Positions 39,241-48,697 of a DNA stretch of 64,000 nt are shown one piece after another (position 1 is the first letter of the stretch; every line of letters starts with the position of its first letter). The position numbers were made by a program, and so were the translations under genes. Under the pieces are notes generated by a model. The model made no database searches. It was not told the DNA's origin and saw nothing but the letters and a program-made list of their open reading frames with translations. Source of the stretch: a virus; the IMG/VR virus record IMGVR_UViG_3300025137_000014, positions 96,001-160,000 of that record; one strand, given 5' to 3'.

Positions 39241-40583
39241 AGATAAAAGATATATTACAAAAAGGTAGAGAACGTAGGTTTAGAGGACCACGTAAACCTC
39301 GTCTTAAGCAAGTAGGATTTCATAAGAAATTAAAAGGTTTGTTAGATGGAAAATTACGAGAAGATAAGAATACACACTTAGACCATGCAGAAGAACTAGT
39401 ATTCATGCATGGCACAGAAGGGCTGAAACGTGTTGTAAACACTTTCAGTAAACTACTAAACACACTTGATGGACAAGGTGGCGGCGATGCTATCACTACG
39501 AAATGGGATGGTTCTCCAGCAGTATTTTGCGGAACAGACCCATCTGATGGACAATTCTTTGTAGGCACAAAAGGCGTATTCGCAAAAACACCAAAATTAA
39601 ATAAATCACAAGCTGACATTGAAAACAATCACCAAGATACTACTAAGAATGGTGAAGAAGTAAGTAAAGCAGGCTTAAGAAATAAGTTATCAGCATCATT
39701 AGAGTATCTAAAAGATTTAGGTATTGAGGGTGTTATACAAGGTGATTTATTATTCACTAAAGGTGACTTGAAAACTGTTAATATAGATGGCAAATCTCAT
39801 ATTGCATTTAAACCAAATACAATCTCATATGTTGTACCAGCAGATAGCAAAACAGCAAAAGAAATGCAGTCGGCTGAAATAGGTATTGTGTTTCATACAA
39901 GTTACACAGGCGATAGTTTAGCAGATATGAAAGCATCATTTGGTTATGATTCAAGTAAACTTAAGTCTTCATCTAAAGTTTGGTTTACTGATGCACGTAT
40001 TAAAGATGTATCAGGACAGGTACAACTAAAGCAAGAAAATGTTGCAAAGATTAAACAAGCAATTAAAGAATTAGCTTCAATGAAAATTGATGCAGATACT
40101 TTCAAAGCAATTAATCAAAAGATAGGCGCTATTGACTTAGTACAAGCTATTAAGGCACATGCAAACTTGCCGATACGTACTGGTCAAGCATTAGAACCAG
40201 ATGTAACTAAATTTGTTAAAGAGTTTTTACAGGGTTTAAATAATAAATTAGATAAAGAAATCAGCGGTTTAGCTACAGGACCTGAAGGTAAAGCAGGACA
40301 GGCTAGATTACAAACAAAGGATGCATTATCTAATGTCATAAATACATATGAGACACAAATTGCAGAAATGTATCGTGCATATCTTAAAGTTGAAGCAGTA
40401 AAAATGATGTTTCAGCAAAAGATGAAGAACATTAAAGCAATAGACAGTTTCATTGAACAACCAGACGGTTCATTTAAAGTTACAGATCCAGAAGGATTTG
40501 TTATTGTTGACCATGTGGGTAGAGCAATGAAGATTGTAGATAGATTAGAGTTTAGTGCGGCAAACTTCGCACCAAGGGATTAG
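39237..40583 (+). CDS. ligase/nucleotidyltransferase-like protein (DUF6267-like)
   Basis: NTHLDHAEE, TKWDGSP (KxDG), IQGDLLF, EGFV, MKIV motifs. Confidence 0.6.
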   Translation: MKIKDILQKGRERRFRGPRKPRLKQVGFHKKLKGLLDGKLREDKNTHLDHAEELVFMHGTEGLKRVVNTFSKLLNTLDGQGGGDAITTKWDGSPAVFCGTDPSDGQFFVGTKGVFAKTPKLNKSQADIENNHQDTTKNGEEVSKAGLRNKLSASLEYLKDLGIEGVIQGDLLFTKGDLKTVNIDGKSHIAFKPNTISYVVPADSKTAKEMQSAEIGIVFHTSYTGDSLADMKASFGYDSSKLKSSSKVWFTDARIKDVSGQVQLKQENVAKIKQAIKELASMKIDADTFKAINQKIGAIDLVQAIKAHANLPIRTGQALEPDVTKFVKEFLQGLNNKLDKEISGLATGPEGKAGQARLQTKDALSNVINTYETQIAEMYRAYLKVEAVKMMFQQKMKNIKAIDSFIEQPDGSFKVTDPEGFVIVDHVGRAMKIVDRLEFSAANFAPRD

Positions 40584-40587
40584 TTAG

Positions 40588-40785
40588 ATGTTAAGTAAGA
40601 AATGCAAGTTGCACCTAGAAGAAGTAGGAGAGACACGTTGGCAACATTTTGCACATGCAATGTGGGTCTCTTGGCAATTAGAAAAAGCCGCTTACGCATG
40701 TTTTGTACATGCAGTGGCACCACGTTGGTTCACTACATACGCTAGTGATAAATGCAATGAAGTATTGCAATCGAGGAAAAAATAA
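40588..40785 (+). CDS. small hypothetical protein (DUF6356-like)
   Basis: HLEEVGETRWQHFAHA..HAVAPRWFTTYAS; family name from recall. Confidence 0.5.
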   Translation: MLSKKCKLHLEEVGETRWQHFAHAMWVSWQLEKAAYACFVHAVAPRWFTTYASDKCNEVLQSRKK

Positions 40786-41558
40786 TGGAACAGTATAAAG
40801 GCAAGTTACAGTTAGTTAATACGTTTACAGAGAGTAGGCTGTTTAGAACAAAACAAAATCAAAATAAAACAAATGTAGATGATGCGGCAGAATTAGCATT
40901 TTCATACATGATGATTTTGAATATGTTTAATAAAGACTATGAATTTGCTCCGTTGGCAGGCGAGTACGCAGGTAGAACAATGGCGTTTCGTAACTTTGAT
41001 TATTTTAGAACAAGTGCAACAGATTTATATGTAATGATTAATAGATTAATCGGCAAAGAAGTCAATGACGATGATCCAAGAGATAAGATTGCATTAAATC
41101 GTATTAGTCTAAAAAGACAAGAAGCGATACGATATTTAGACCATATAAAATCAAATAAGTCTGAATCAGGATTTGAACAAAGAATGTTACTAAGATTTCA
41201 AAGAGATTTAAACATACAAGATGGAATGCTTAAATCTATGAGAAGATTAATAGGTGATTGGGATAATTTAAGTCAAAATCAAAAAGCCCTAGTTACTACT
41301 AGAATGATGCAATATCTACGTAGAAAAGCAATGCGTAGTGAGTTGATGCCAGCGTTACAGAAGTTCCAAAAGCGTGGAAACTATGTAGTTAATGATAAAA
41401 AAGATACTAAAAAGAACATTTGGGACAGCCCAATTACTAAAGCAGGCGCGGCTATCGGTGCAATTTATGGTGCAGGTAAGCTAGGAAAGGCTTTAGGCAA
41501 GACTTCTTATCAAGATGGTCGTAATATTGGTGGAAAATTTCAATCCCGAGGCAAGTAA
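40785..41558 (+). CDS. hypothetical protein
   Basis: 257 aa coupled ORF; TESRLFR near the N-terminus. Confidence 0.7.
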   Translation: MEQYKGKLQLVNTFTESRLFRTKQNQNKTNVDDAAELAFSYMMILNMFNKDYEFAPLAGEYAGRTMAFRNFDYFRTSATDLYVMINRLIGKEVNDDDPRDKIALNRISLKRQEAIRYLDHIKSNKSESGFEQRMLLRFQRDLNIQDGMLKSMRRLIGDWDNLSQNQKALVTTRMMQYLRRKAMRSELMPALQKFQKRGNYVVNDKKDTKKNIWDSPITKAGAAIGAIYGAGKLGKALGKTSYQDGRNIGGKFQSRGK

Positions 41559-41581
41559 ACGCCCCATTTTTTGCAAAAAAT

Positions 41582-41589
41582 GATAAATA
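41582..41589 (+). promoter_or_regulatory. late-type promoter motif GATAAATA
   Basis: Upstream of ORF 41650. Confidence 0.6.
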
Positions 41590-41649
41590 AAAGCATAGAG
41601 CAATACAATTTTATAATGCTCAGGATAATATCTATTTAGGAGAACTAAA

Positions 41650-41913
41650 ATGGCAAAAGTACATGAAACATATTCAGCAGGTCAATTCCTTACTGGTAAC
41701 TTAAATCACTTCACAGTGACAAAGACTGGTATGGCGGCAGGCGACATGAAAGCAGTAATCGAAGGTGCAGGAACACGTGCTACAGTAGTACTAGTTGGTG
41801 CAATCGATGGTAACGATGTAAGAATCGCAGTAGAAAACAATGGCGCATGGGATGCCGCTGGTTTAGACGCGGCTCTAGGCTCAGACTTTACAGTAGCCGA
41901 CTTCGCATACTAA
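41650..41913 (+). CDS. small probable virion (decoration) protein
   Basis: Ala/Gly-rich with strongly biased codons, SD AGGAG; N-terminus similar to ORF 42062. Confidence 0.6.
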   Translation: MAKVHETYSAGQFLTGNLNHFTVTKTGMAAGDMKAVIEGAGTRATVVLVGAIDGNDVRIAVENNGAWDAAGLDAALGSDFTVADFAY

Positions 41914-41962
41914 TTTTTACCCCCCTGGACTTAACAGTCCAACCCACACTTTGCGTGTATTT

Positions 41963-41991
41963 AAAAAGACCCTCTATGAGGGTCTTTTTTT
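41963..41991 (+). terminator. intrinsic terminator
   Basis: aaaaagaccctc-tat-gagggtcttttt followed by further T. Confidence 0.85.
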
Positions 41992-42014
41992 ACCTCTAAA
42001 TTACCTACAGTTTT

Positions 42015-42023
42015 GATAAATAC
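42015..42023 (+). promoter_or_regulatory. late-type promoter motif GATAAATAC
   Basis: After the terminator, upstream of ORF 42062. Confidence 0.65.
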
Positions 42024-42061
42024 ATATAACAGAAATATAAATTTTATATTTGGAGAAAAAT

Positions 42062-42454
42062 ATGGCAAGAATACACGGAGCCGCTAGTGCTGGTGAAAAC
42101 TTATCAGGTAATATAAACTTTTACACTTTATATGTAAAAGGTTTAGACATTACGTCAACTGAAAGCGTAGCAGACCAGACACAACAAAACTTTGATGATG
42201 TTATTAACTTAATTTCATTGGTTGCTCAACCAATCATCATGAATAATCCAATCGCAGTTACACTTGATGGGCTAGCACCGTCGTTAACAGGTTCAGGATT
42301 TTTATTTAAATTTGCAGTAGAGCATGGTAGAGTATTTGAAAGAAACGGAGATACAACTTCCGTTCTTAAAGAATTATTTGAAGGCGTAACTATTGATGGT
42401 GTCACATTAGCAGACACTAGTAATATTGAATACGTCATGTCAGACATACTATAA
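42062..42454 (+). CDS. small probable virion protein, paralogue of ORF 41650
   Basis: MARIHGAASAGENLSGNINFYT vs MAKVHETYSAGQFLTGNLNHFT; SD GGAG supports start 42062. Confidence 0.6.
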   Translation: MARIHGAASAGENLSGNINFYTLYVKGLDITSTESVADQTQQNFDDVINLISLVAQPIIMNNPIAVTLDGLAPSLTGSGFLFKFAVEHGRVFERNGDTTSVLKELFEGVTIDGVTLADTSNIEYVMSDIL

Positions 42455-42469
42455 TACTAGGAGTTTGTT

Positions 42470-43141
42470 TTGGATTGGATTGACTTAATAGAATCCAGAG
42501 TACAAACCACTACTTGGGATTTAGAAAAAGAAATTACAAAAGAGACAGTTGAAACTATTATGGATGAAGTCCATAAACGTTCAGCATCCAAACAAAATTT
42601 AGTAAGATACGAAATTCAAATATTCGATTGGTCAGATACAGATTTTAGAAATCATTTTAATGAACTTTGTATCAGAGAACCATATAAAACACCAGTAGAA
42701 TATAATACTCAGGTCTTAGCACCTTGGTTAATCATATTAAAACGTAGAGAAGGAATACATTGGAATAGAGCAGGTGACCTTACTTCTGACTATCCTGATA
42801 TAGATTATTCAACACAACTTTATAATAGGTTCGTACCAAGTGCTATGGAAACTGGCATAGCATCAGCTAACATAATACTATCAGCTAAAGCAAAGGGATT
42901 GGATACTGGGTATTGTCAGTGTTTTAATTGGAATTACGAACATTCAAATGTTATAAAAGAGAAGTTGGGTATAACTGACCCAAATGACGTATATGTATCT
43001 ATAGGCTTAGGGCACGGTTCTTCACTAAAAAGAACACTCAATCTACATACAAATCAATGGCATAATACTTTTGCACATGTTGGAAGCATGTGGGAAAAAG
43101 AACCTAAGCCAAATAAAGAAGATTATATTAAATTCGCATAA
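42470..43141 (+). CDS. nitroreductase family protein
   Basis: ESRVQTTTWD, SASKQN, GIASANIILSAKAKGLDTG; TTG start with SD AGGAG. Confidence 0.7.
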   Translation: MDWIDLIESRVQTTTWDLEKEITKETVETIMDEVHKRSASKQNLVRYEIQIFDWSDTDFRNHFNELCIREPYKTPVEYNTQVLAPWLIILKRREGIHWNRAGDLTSDYPDIDYSTQLYNRFVPSAMETGIASANIILSAKAKGLDTGYCQCFNWNYEHSNVIKEKLGITDPNDVYVSIGLGHGSSLKRTLNLHTNQWHNTFAHVGSMWEKEPKPNKEDYIKFA

Positions 43142-43160
43142 AAACTTTCTGAATTAAAAT

Positions 43161-43169
43161 GATAAATAC
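43161..43169 (+). promoter_or_regulatory. late-type promoter motif GATAAATAC
   Basis: Upstream of the 43212-45502 gene run. Confidence 0.65.
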
Positions 43170-43211
43170 AATCAATGGGATTATAGTTTCCCTAGTTTTG
43201 GAGTTAATATT

Positions 43212-43469
43212 ATGGCAGGAATTGATAGTAAATTAGCACAGTTAGAGACAGAGAGTTTAGAAACTCATGTTGCTGTTGCACATGAACGATTTAAAAATCT
43301 GGATACAAGTATTGTCAGACTAGAAGGCATAGTTGAAAAAAATGCCGCTGAAACTAAAGAAGGTCTTTCCGAACTTAAGAAAATTATTATCTGGGCAAGT
43401 TCTACATTATTTGCTACAATGTTACTAGCATTACTTACTTCTGTTTTTGGTAAAGGAATGGGATTATAA
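43212..43469 (+). CDS. coiled-coil protein with C-terminal TM helix (holin/XhlA-like topology)
   Basis: Coiled coil followed by IIIWASSTLFATMLLALLTSVF. Confidence 0.45.
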   Translation: MAGIDSKLAQLETESLETHVAVAHERFKNLDTSIVRLEGIVEKNAAETKEGLSELKKIIIWASSTLFATMLLALLTSVFGKGMGL

Positions 43470-43747
43470 TGCAAGTATTTGAAGTTCTACAGCCAATAGA
43501 AGAAGCTAAACTAGTTTATGCTAGAAAAGGTAGACAGATTGTACGTAAGTATAGATGTTCATCTGGCAGATTAAAAGGTAAAACTGTATCAAGTCCGACA
43601 TCTTGTTTTAAGCCGGTTGATATTAAAAAGAGATTTACTCTTGCAAGAACTAAGGCCAAATTAGGATCAAGACTAAAAAGAAAATCAGCAATGACAAGAA
43701 GAATGAACCCAGCAAGTAGACGTTTAAAAACGTTGAATAAAAGGTAA
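43469..43747 (+). CDS. highly basic hypothetical protein
   Basis: 92 aa Arg/Lys-rich, with a short leader ending IEE. Confidence 0.7.
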   Translation: MQVFEVLQPIEEAKLVYARKGRQIVRKYRCSSGRLKGKTVSSPTSCFKPVDIKKRFTLARTKAKLGSRLKRKSAMTRRMNPASRRLKTLNKR

Positions 43748-43759
43748 GAGGAGGCTATT

Positions 43760-44650
43760 ATGGATTTAAAAAATAAGATTGAAAGGTCTATGAAAACAGA
43801 AAGTATAAATGATAAGATTGCCGACATTGCAGATTTAGTTGGTGAGAAAGAAGAAATTGTACGTGATAGATTAAAGACTTTAGATTTCAGACAGTACATT
43901 GAACTTGTTAAAGCAGTTAGAGAAACAGAAATGGAAACTGCTAGAAGTATATTAGGTCTTGGTATTGAAGAAGCAGAAGAATACTCAGACCAACAAATTA
44001 AGATGGCATTTGGAATTTTAAATGATCCAAGATACAAACAAGGCAATTACTCAGGTGCACATGCGGCTATTGAAAAAGTTGCAAAAGGATTAGCAAGTCA
44101 CCCAAGTGTAGCAAATGCACTTAGACGAGCAAACGAATCAGAAGAACAAATTGCAGAAGCAGAATATGAGTATGATGGCAAAGTTGCACATATATCTCAA
44201 GATGAATTTAAAAAAGTACATAGTGATTTTAAAAATGATACACCAGGCGAAGAACGTATGGTTATTTTAGATCCAGAAACAGGCGGAACAATTTCAGTAC
44301 TAGTACAATTTACTGATGTAAATGAATACAATCAAGGCGGAACAATGTCTCCGGGCGAAATGCGAGGAGCTCAAGCTCAATCACAAGCTCAATCAGGGCA
44401 AGATGCGTCCCCACAAAATAAAACTAAAAAAGCACAAGCAATGCAACGATTAGGTAAAAAGAATCTAGGTGGTGCAACTGCACAACAGGCGGCAGATGCA
44501 TTAGATAAAGCAGGACAAGGCAAAACGCTTACACCAATTCAACGTAAAGCAATGGCCCAACAAGCGGCCTCAGTTGACCAGTTAGCGGCAGACCCAAAAA
44601 CTGCAACACAGTTTAGAAATTTATTAAATAAACTGAACCAAGGGAAATAG
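43760..44650 (+). CDS. hypothetical protein, probable internal head protein
   Basis: SD GAGGAGG; modules separated by hydrophobic-x-E sites. Confidence 0.65.
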   Translation: MDLKNKIERSMKTESINDKIADIADLVGEKEEIVRDRLKTLDFRQYIELVKAVRETEMETARSILGLGIEEAEEYSDQQIKMAFGILNDPRYKQGNYSGAHAAIEKVAKGLASHPSVANALRRANESEEQIAEAEYEYDGKVAHISQDEFKKVHSDFKNDTPGEERMVILDPETGGTISVLVQFTDVNEYNQGGTMSPGEMRGAQAQSQAQSGQDASPQNKTKKAQAMQRLGKKNLGGATAQQAADALDKAGQGKTLTPIQRKAMAQQAASVDQLAADPKTATQFRNLLNKLNQGK

Positions 44651-44654
44651 TTTT

Positions 44655-44849
44655 ATGAGATTACAAGAAGTTTTAGGCGGAATTTACGTAATGATAACTG
44701 AGGAAGAAAGCGATTTAGTGCTTAAATATTTCTCAGAAAATTCATACGTACATGAAACGCAATTATCTGACAGAGAACAGGTAGTTGCAGAAAGACTATC
44801 ACACAAAGGCGTGATTGTACCTTCATTAAGAGGGTACAGGGCTGTATAA
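44655..44849 (+). CDS. hypothetical protein
   Basis: 64 aa, in operon. Confidence 0.6.
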   Translation: MRLQEVLGGIYVMITEEESDLVLKYFSENSYVHETQLSDREQVVAERLSHKGVIVPSLRGYRAV

Positions 44850-44860
44850 CGGAGGACAAA

Positions 44861-45502
44861 ATGACTGGACCAAGTAGAGCAGATGTAGGTGCAATGGCAA
44901 ATCTTCTTAAAGCTATGAATGGCGATAAGAGTGGATTAAAAGCACAGGCAGAAGCAAGACAATCTCAGGGTGGGAACGAGACTGTAGATGTAAGTCCCGG
45001 TGTAAAAACTGCGGATATTAAAGCGATGGAAAACATTATGAGAAATTTCCAGAGTGCTACATCAAACGTTGCGGCAAAAGTTGCAACTACAATTAATGAA
45101 TCAAAAAAAACCGAAAAAGGAGTACAGGTAGGTATATATTCTGTAGAAAAAACTCCCGACACATCATTTAATATTTTAGATAGCAGAACAAATGATACTC
45201 TATTTGAAGATTTGAGAGCATATGAAACAGCATATGTGATTGTACATCATTTAAATGAAGGTAAAAAGATTAATTCACAAGAGGTAACAAACGTTATTTC
45301 AACTAATGCAGTATTCGAAAAATTCTATTTCGATGCTTTACAGCATAAGAATACTTATAAACAAGCAAAGAAGCGTGGTGATTTCGGCAAAATGGATATT
45401 GCAGAAGCTAGATTTAGTAGAGCAAAAGCAGAAGCCTGGAACGCAAAAAAGCAAGTAAATGAGATATTTGAGGCTGTGTCTAATCAAAAACCACTAATTT
45501 AA
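44861..45502 (+). CDS. hypothetical protein
   Basis: 213 aa, SD GGAGG. Confidence 0.7.
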   Translation: MTGPSRADVGAMANLLKAMNGDKSGLKAQAEARQSQGGNETVDVSPGVKTADIKAMENIMRNFQSATSNVAAKVATTINESKKTEKGVQVGIYSVEKTPDTSFNILDSRTNDTLFEDLRAYETAYVIVHHLNEGKKINSQEVTNVISTNAVFEKFYFDALQHKNTYKQAKKRGDFGKMDIAEARFSRAKAEAWNAKKQVNEIFEAVSNQKPLI

Positions 45503-45510
45503 TTTAAAAA

Positions 45511-45519
45511 GATAAATAC
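45511..45519 (+). promoter_or_regulatory. late-type promoter motif GATAAATAC
   Basis: Upstream of ORF 45557. Confidence 0.65.
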
Positions 45520-45556
45520 ATAATATAAACACATATTATGTAATGGGGCAATTACC

Positions 45557-46393
45557 ATGAGAAGTACAAACTTTTTTAAGACAGATACAATAATGATATC
45601 GTCAAAACTAAATGAGTATCTTAAGTCAAACTTTAACTATTCAGTTGAAGGAGATTTAAAATCATTAAGCGAGGCTAAAGATAAGCTGGAAGCGGCTAAA
45701 AAAGCAATGCGTTCAGACTATCAAAACCGTGAGTATGTAGAAACTATGATGATGCTAGAAACAGTAAAATCATTGTTAAAAGCACACAAAGAGCAATCAC
45801 TAGACGAAGGTGGAAAACACAAGTATGTCAGTGATGCACAACGTAAAGCAGTTCACGCCAAGAAGGCCGAAGAAAACACTAAAACAAAGGAACCAAAAAT
45901 GGAAAATACAGATAAAAAATCTGCCGAGGTTTCTAATGAAAATTTAGAAGACAGTCTTTTAGCACAGTTGAATAAACTACTAGAAGGTGATGCGGCTGAG
46001 GCTGAAATTACAATGGCGGCACGTGGTATCGTAGATGAACTACAAGACGTTATCGAAAAATTAGGCAAAATTCAAAACGACCAGATAGGACCACTATCTG
46101 ATGAAATGGCTTACACACATGGACCAGAACAATCAGAGACATTTAAATCTTCTGTTGATTCAGCAATCTCTAGTTTACTAGATACGGCTCGTTCAACTAA
46201 AGATGCAGTAAATAATGCGGCTCTAGTTCTTTCAGGTGAAGCACCGGCAGGAGATATGGCACCAGCAGACAATGAACTTGGTGGCGATATGCAAGATGAT
46301 ATGGAAGATGATATCACGGCAGACCTAGCAGGTGGTGATGAGTCAGCATCAGGTGAAATTGATGAACCATTAGGCCGTGCAAAAAGAGACTAA
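45557..46393 (+). CDS. acidic helical protein (scaffold-like)
   Basis: 278 aa; acidic C-terminus ending EPLGRAKRD. Confidence 0.55.
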   Translation: MRSTNFFKTDTIMISSKLNEYLKSNFNYSVEGDLKSLSEAKDKLEAAKKAMRSDYQNREYVETMMMLETVKSLLKAHKEQSLDEGGKHKYVSDAQRKAVHAKKAEENTKTKEPKMENTDKKSAEVSNENLEDSLLAQLNKLLEGDAAEAEITMAARGIVDELQDVIEKLGKIQNDQIGPLSDEMAYTHGPEQSETFKSSVDSAISSLLDTARSTKDAVNNAALVLSGEAPAGDMAPADNELGGDMQDDMEDDITADLAGGDESASGEIDEPLGRAKRD

Positions 46394-46395
46394 TA

Positions 46396-46719
46396 ATGAA
46401 ACTTTCAAGTCTGTTAAGTGAAGATGCAAACTACAATGCACAGATGCGTAATGATATAAATGCGTATCTAGTGAGATTAAAAGCAAATGATATTGGTACC
46501 GTTGGTACTGATATGATGGTTGACGAATTGACAGATATGGGGTACAGTGTTACTCCAGAAAGTTTAGTTGATATGTTAGCTAATAGCAAATATGTTAGCA
46601 AAGTAACAGTTGATACTATTGATTTAGCTGGAGCCCCATCCGGTAAAACTGATAGTGATGAAGACGGTGAGAAAGTTAAAAAACTTGCTATTAAAACAGC
46701 GAAGAAGAGGATAAAATAA
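46396..46719 (+). CDS. hypothetical protein
   Basis: 107 aa with leader MKLSSLLSE. Confidence 0.65.
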   Translation: MKLSSLLSEDANYNAQMRNDINAYLVRLKANDIGTVGTDMMVDELTDMGYSVTPESLVDMLANSKYVSKVTVDTIDLAGAPSGKTDSDEDGEKVKKLAIKTAKKRIK

Positions 46720-47162
46720 TGGGCTTAATTATTAAAGGCGAACACAAAATTATTTCTAAAAAAGAAATGCAAGATAAGGTTGCTCAGGAAATAGAAAATA
46801 ACGTTCAAGATGGAACTGAAAAACTGTCTGATTCTCAAAAAGAAATTCGTAAAGAAATCGCTAGTGCAAAAAGACATCGTGAATTTATGCAAAGAGTTGC
46901 AGATAAGAAAGCGGTATCTACTAGAGAAGAACGTAAGATTGTTGAGAAAGAAGTTATCGAAACACCTGAGATTATTGTAGAAGCAAGAGCAGAAAAAGAA
47001 GCAGTATTGGCTTCTAAATCTGTATCACTTGCACAAAGACCAGATTTTGATTCAATGACTAAAAAAGAAATAGATATGTGGGCTGATGAAAATCTAGGTT
47101 TAACACTAGACCGTAGAAAAACAAAAGCTGATTTAATCAAACAAATCAACGAAAATCTATAA
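46719..47162 (+). CDS. hypothetical protein with C-terminal Rho-N/HeH-like helical motif
   Basis: FDSMTKKEIDMWADENLGLTLDRRKTKADLIKQI. Confidence 0.55.
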   Translation: MGLIIKGEHKIISKKEMQDKVAQEIENNVQDGTEKLSDSQKEIRKEIASAKRHREFMQRVADKKAVSTREERKIVEKEVIETPEIIVEARAEKEAVLASKSVSLAQRPDFDSMTKKEIDMWADENLGLTLDRRKTKADLIKQINENL

Positions 47163-47169
47163 ATAATAC

Positions 47170-47198
47170 TTGCATTGTTTGAATTTTTGTAGTATACT
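47170..47198 (+). promoter_or_regulatory. sigma70-type promoter, leaderless arrangement
   Basis: TTGCAT-17-TATACT with ATG 6 nt downstream. Confidence 0.75.
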
Positions 47199-47204
47199 AT
47201 AAGT

Positions 47205-47894
47205 ATGCTAAATGAAAAATTCAAATATGAACCAATGGAGCGTGTTAATGTAGATGGCTCACGCCATTATCAAACACCTGGAGGCAAGCCATTGCCAAGT
47301 GTAACTACAGTACTAGATGCACTTAAAGATAAAACAGCAATATATGAGTGGCGTAAAAGAGTAGGCGATGAAGAAGCAAATCGTATTATGAAACTTGCCA
47401 CAGGCATAGGTACTCAAGTTCACTTACATGTCGAAAAATTTATACTTGATGAAGATAGACCAAATGGTACAAATCTTATTCATCAAATGTCAAAAGAATT
47501 ATCAAACATTATTATTGAAAAGGGACTCTCAAACGTAGATGAAGTTTGGGGCACAGAAGTTCCTTTATACTATCCCGGATTATATGCAGGTACTACGGAT
47601 TGTGTTGGCGTATGGAAAGGCAAACCTGCTATCATTGATTTTAAGACTACTCGTAAACCAAAAAAGCGTGAATGGATTGATGATTATTTTTTACAAGGTG
47701 CCGCATATTCAGCCGCACATAATGAAATACATGGAACAGATATCAAAACTATCGTAATCATGATGATTGGTTGGGATGAAGAAGCAGACAATAAAGGCAA
47801 TTATCAAGAATTTGTTGTAGAAGAAAACGAATTTAGCAAGTATTCACTGCAATGGGCCAACAAGGTTCAAGAGTATTTTGATAAATACATGTAG
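47205..47894 (+). CDS. PD-(D/E)XK exonuclease
   Basis: LPSVTTVL, GTQVH, YAGTTD, IIDFKT, Q.AAY. Confidence 0.88.
   Translation: MLNEKFKYEPMERVNVDGSRHYQTPGGKPLPSVTTVLDALKDKTAIYEWRKRVGDEEANRIMKLATGIGTQVHLHVEKFILDEDRPNGTNLIHQMSKELSNIIIEKGLSNVDEVWGTEVPLYYPGLYAGTTDCVGVWKGKPAIIDFKTTRKPKKREWIDDYFLQGAAYSAAHNEIHGTDIKTIVIMMIGWDEEADNKGNYQEFVVEENEFSKYSLQWANKVQEYFDKYM
47880..47888 (+). promoter_or_regulatory. late-type promoter motif GATAAATAC inside the exonuclease 3' end
   Basis: Upstream of SD AGGAG and tail gene 47911. Confidence 0.6.
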
Positions 47895-47910
47895 TAACTA
47901 GGAGTTTTAG

Positions 47911-48696
47911 ATGGCTACAACTAATGTTAAAATTTTACTAAGACGTGGACTAAGAGAAGAAATTAGTGCAGACACCCTTGAAACGGGAGAAATGGGATTT
48001 GCTTATGATACCAATCAATTATATGTTGGTATTGACTCAGCAATAAATGAACTTATATTTGACCCATTTGCAAATGCACAAGCAGTCGTACAGTCTTGGT
48101 TAGATAGTGCGGATAACCCAGAACCGGGACTAAAAATTGATGAAGATTTAGTTATTCGTCAAGTACAGGATGTGGATGCACTTATAGTCGCAATGGAAGG
48201 TTCAAGTACACCTTTTAATGTGCATGAGTATGCACGTGCAAGACGTAACGTTGAAGTCGTAACAGAAAACTCTTTCAATCAAATGTTCGCAGACCAGCAT
48301 TTACAATCGCTAGATGCATCAACTGGTAGGCGTTCTAGTCTATTTAAAAAAGAATTAACAACAACAGCAGGTACATTTCTACGATACCTTAAAACCGATT
48401 GCACATCTTTCTTTGTTGATTACTCACTCAAACAAACAAACAATGTTAACACATATGTAAGAGTGGGACAAATAAAAGTAATTAATGGTGTCCCTCAAGG
48501 TATCAACCAAGTAAAACTTAGTGATGATAACACAGAAATCTGGCAAGATGATGGTGATAGTATCGCAGACGCAGATGAATTTTCAAATATTAATTTTACT
48601 GCGGAAATCGATGGTGATGATATAAAGTTCAATTATACACAACTTTCAGGATATCAGACAGAGATAAGTTTTACAGTTAAACGATGGACAATGTAA
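47911..48696 (+). CDS. tail-associated structural protein (Mtd_N/hyaluronidase-like N-terminus)
   Basis: KILLRRG..LETGEMGFAYDTNQLYVG. Confidence 0.65.
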   Translation: MATTNVKILLRRGLREEISADTLETGEMGFAYDTNQLYVGIDSAINELIFDPFANAQAVVQSWLDSADNPEPGLKIDEDLVIRQVQDVDALIVAMEGSSTPFNVHEYARARRNVEVVTENSFNQMFADQHLQSLDASTGRRSSLFKKELTTTAGTFLRYLKTDCTSFFVDYSLKQTNNVNTYVRVGQIKVINGVPQGINQVKLSDDNTEIWQDDGDSIADADEFSNINFTAEIDGDDIKFNYTQLSGYQTEISFTVKRWTM

Positions 48697-48697
48697 T

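Noticed and set aside
47205-47894. Cas4 / CRISPR-associated call for the exonuclease
   Set aside because: Lacks the Fe-S cysteine cluster and any cas context; it is a generic phage PD-(D/E)XK exonuclease.
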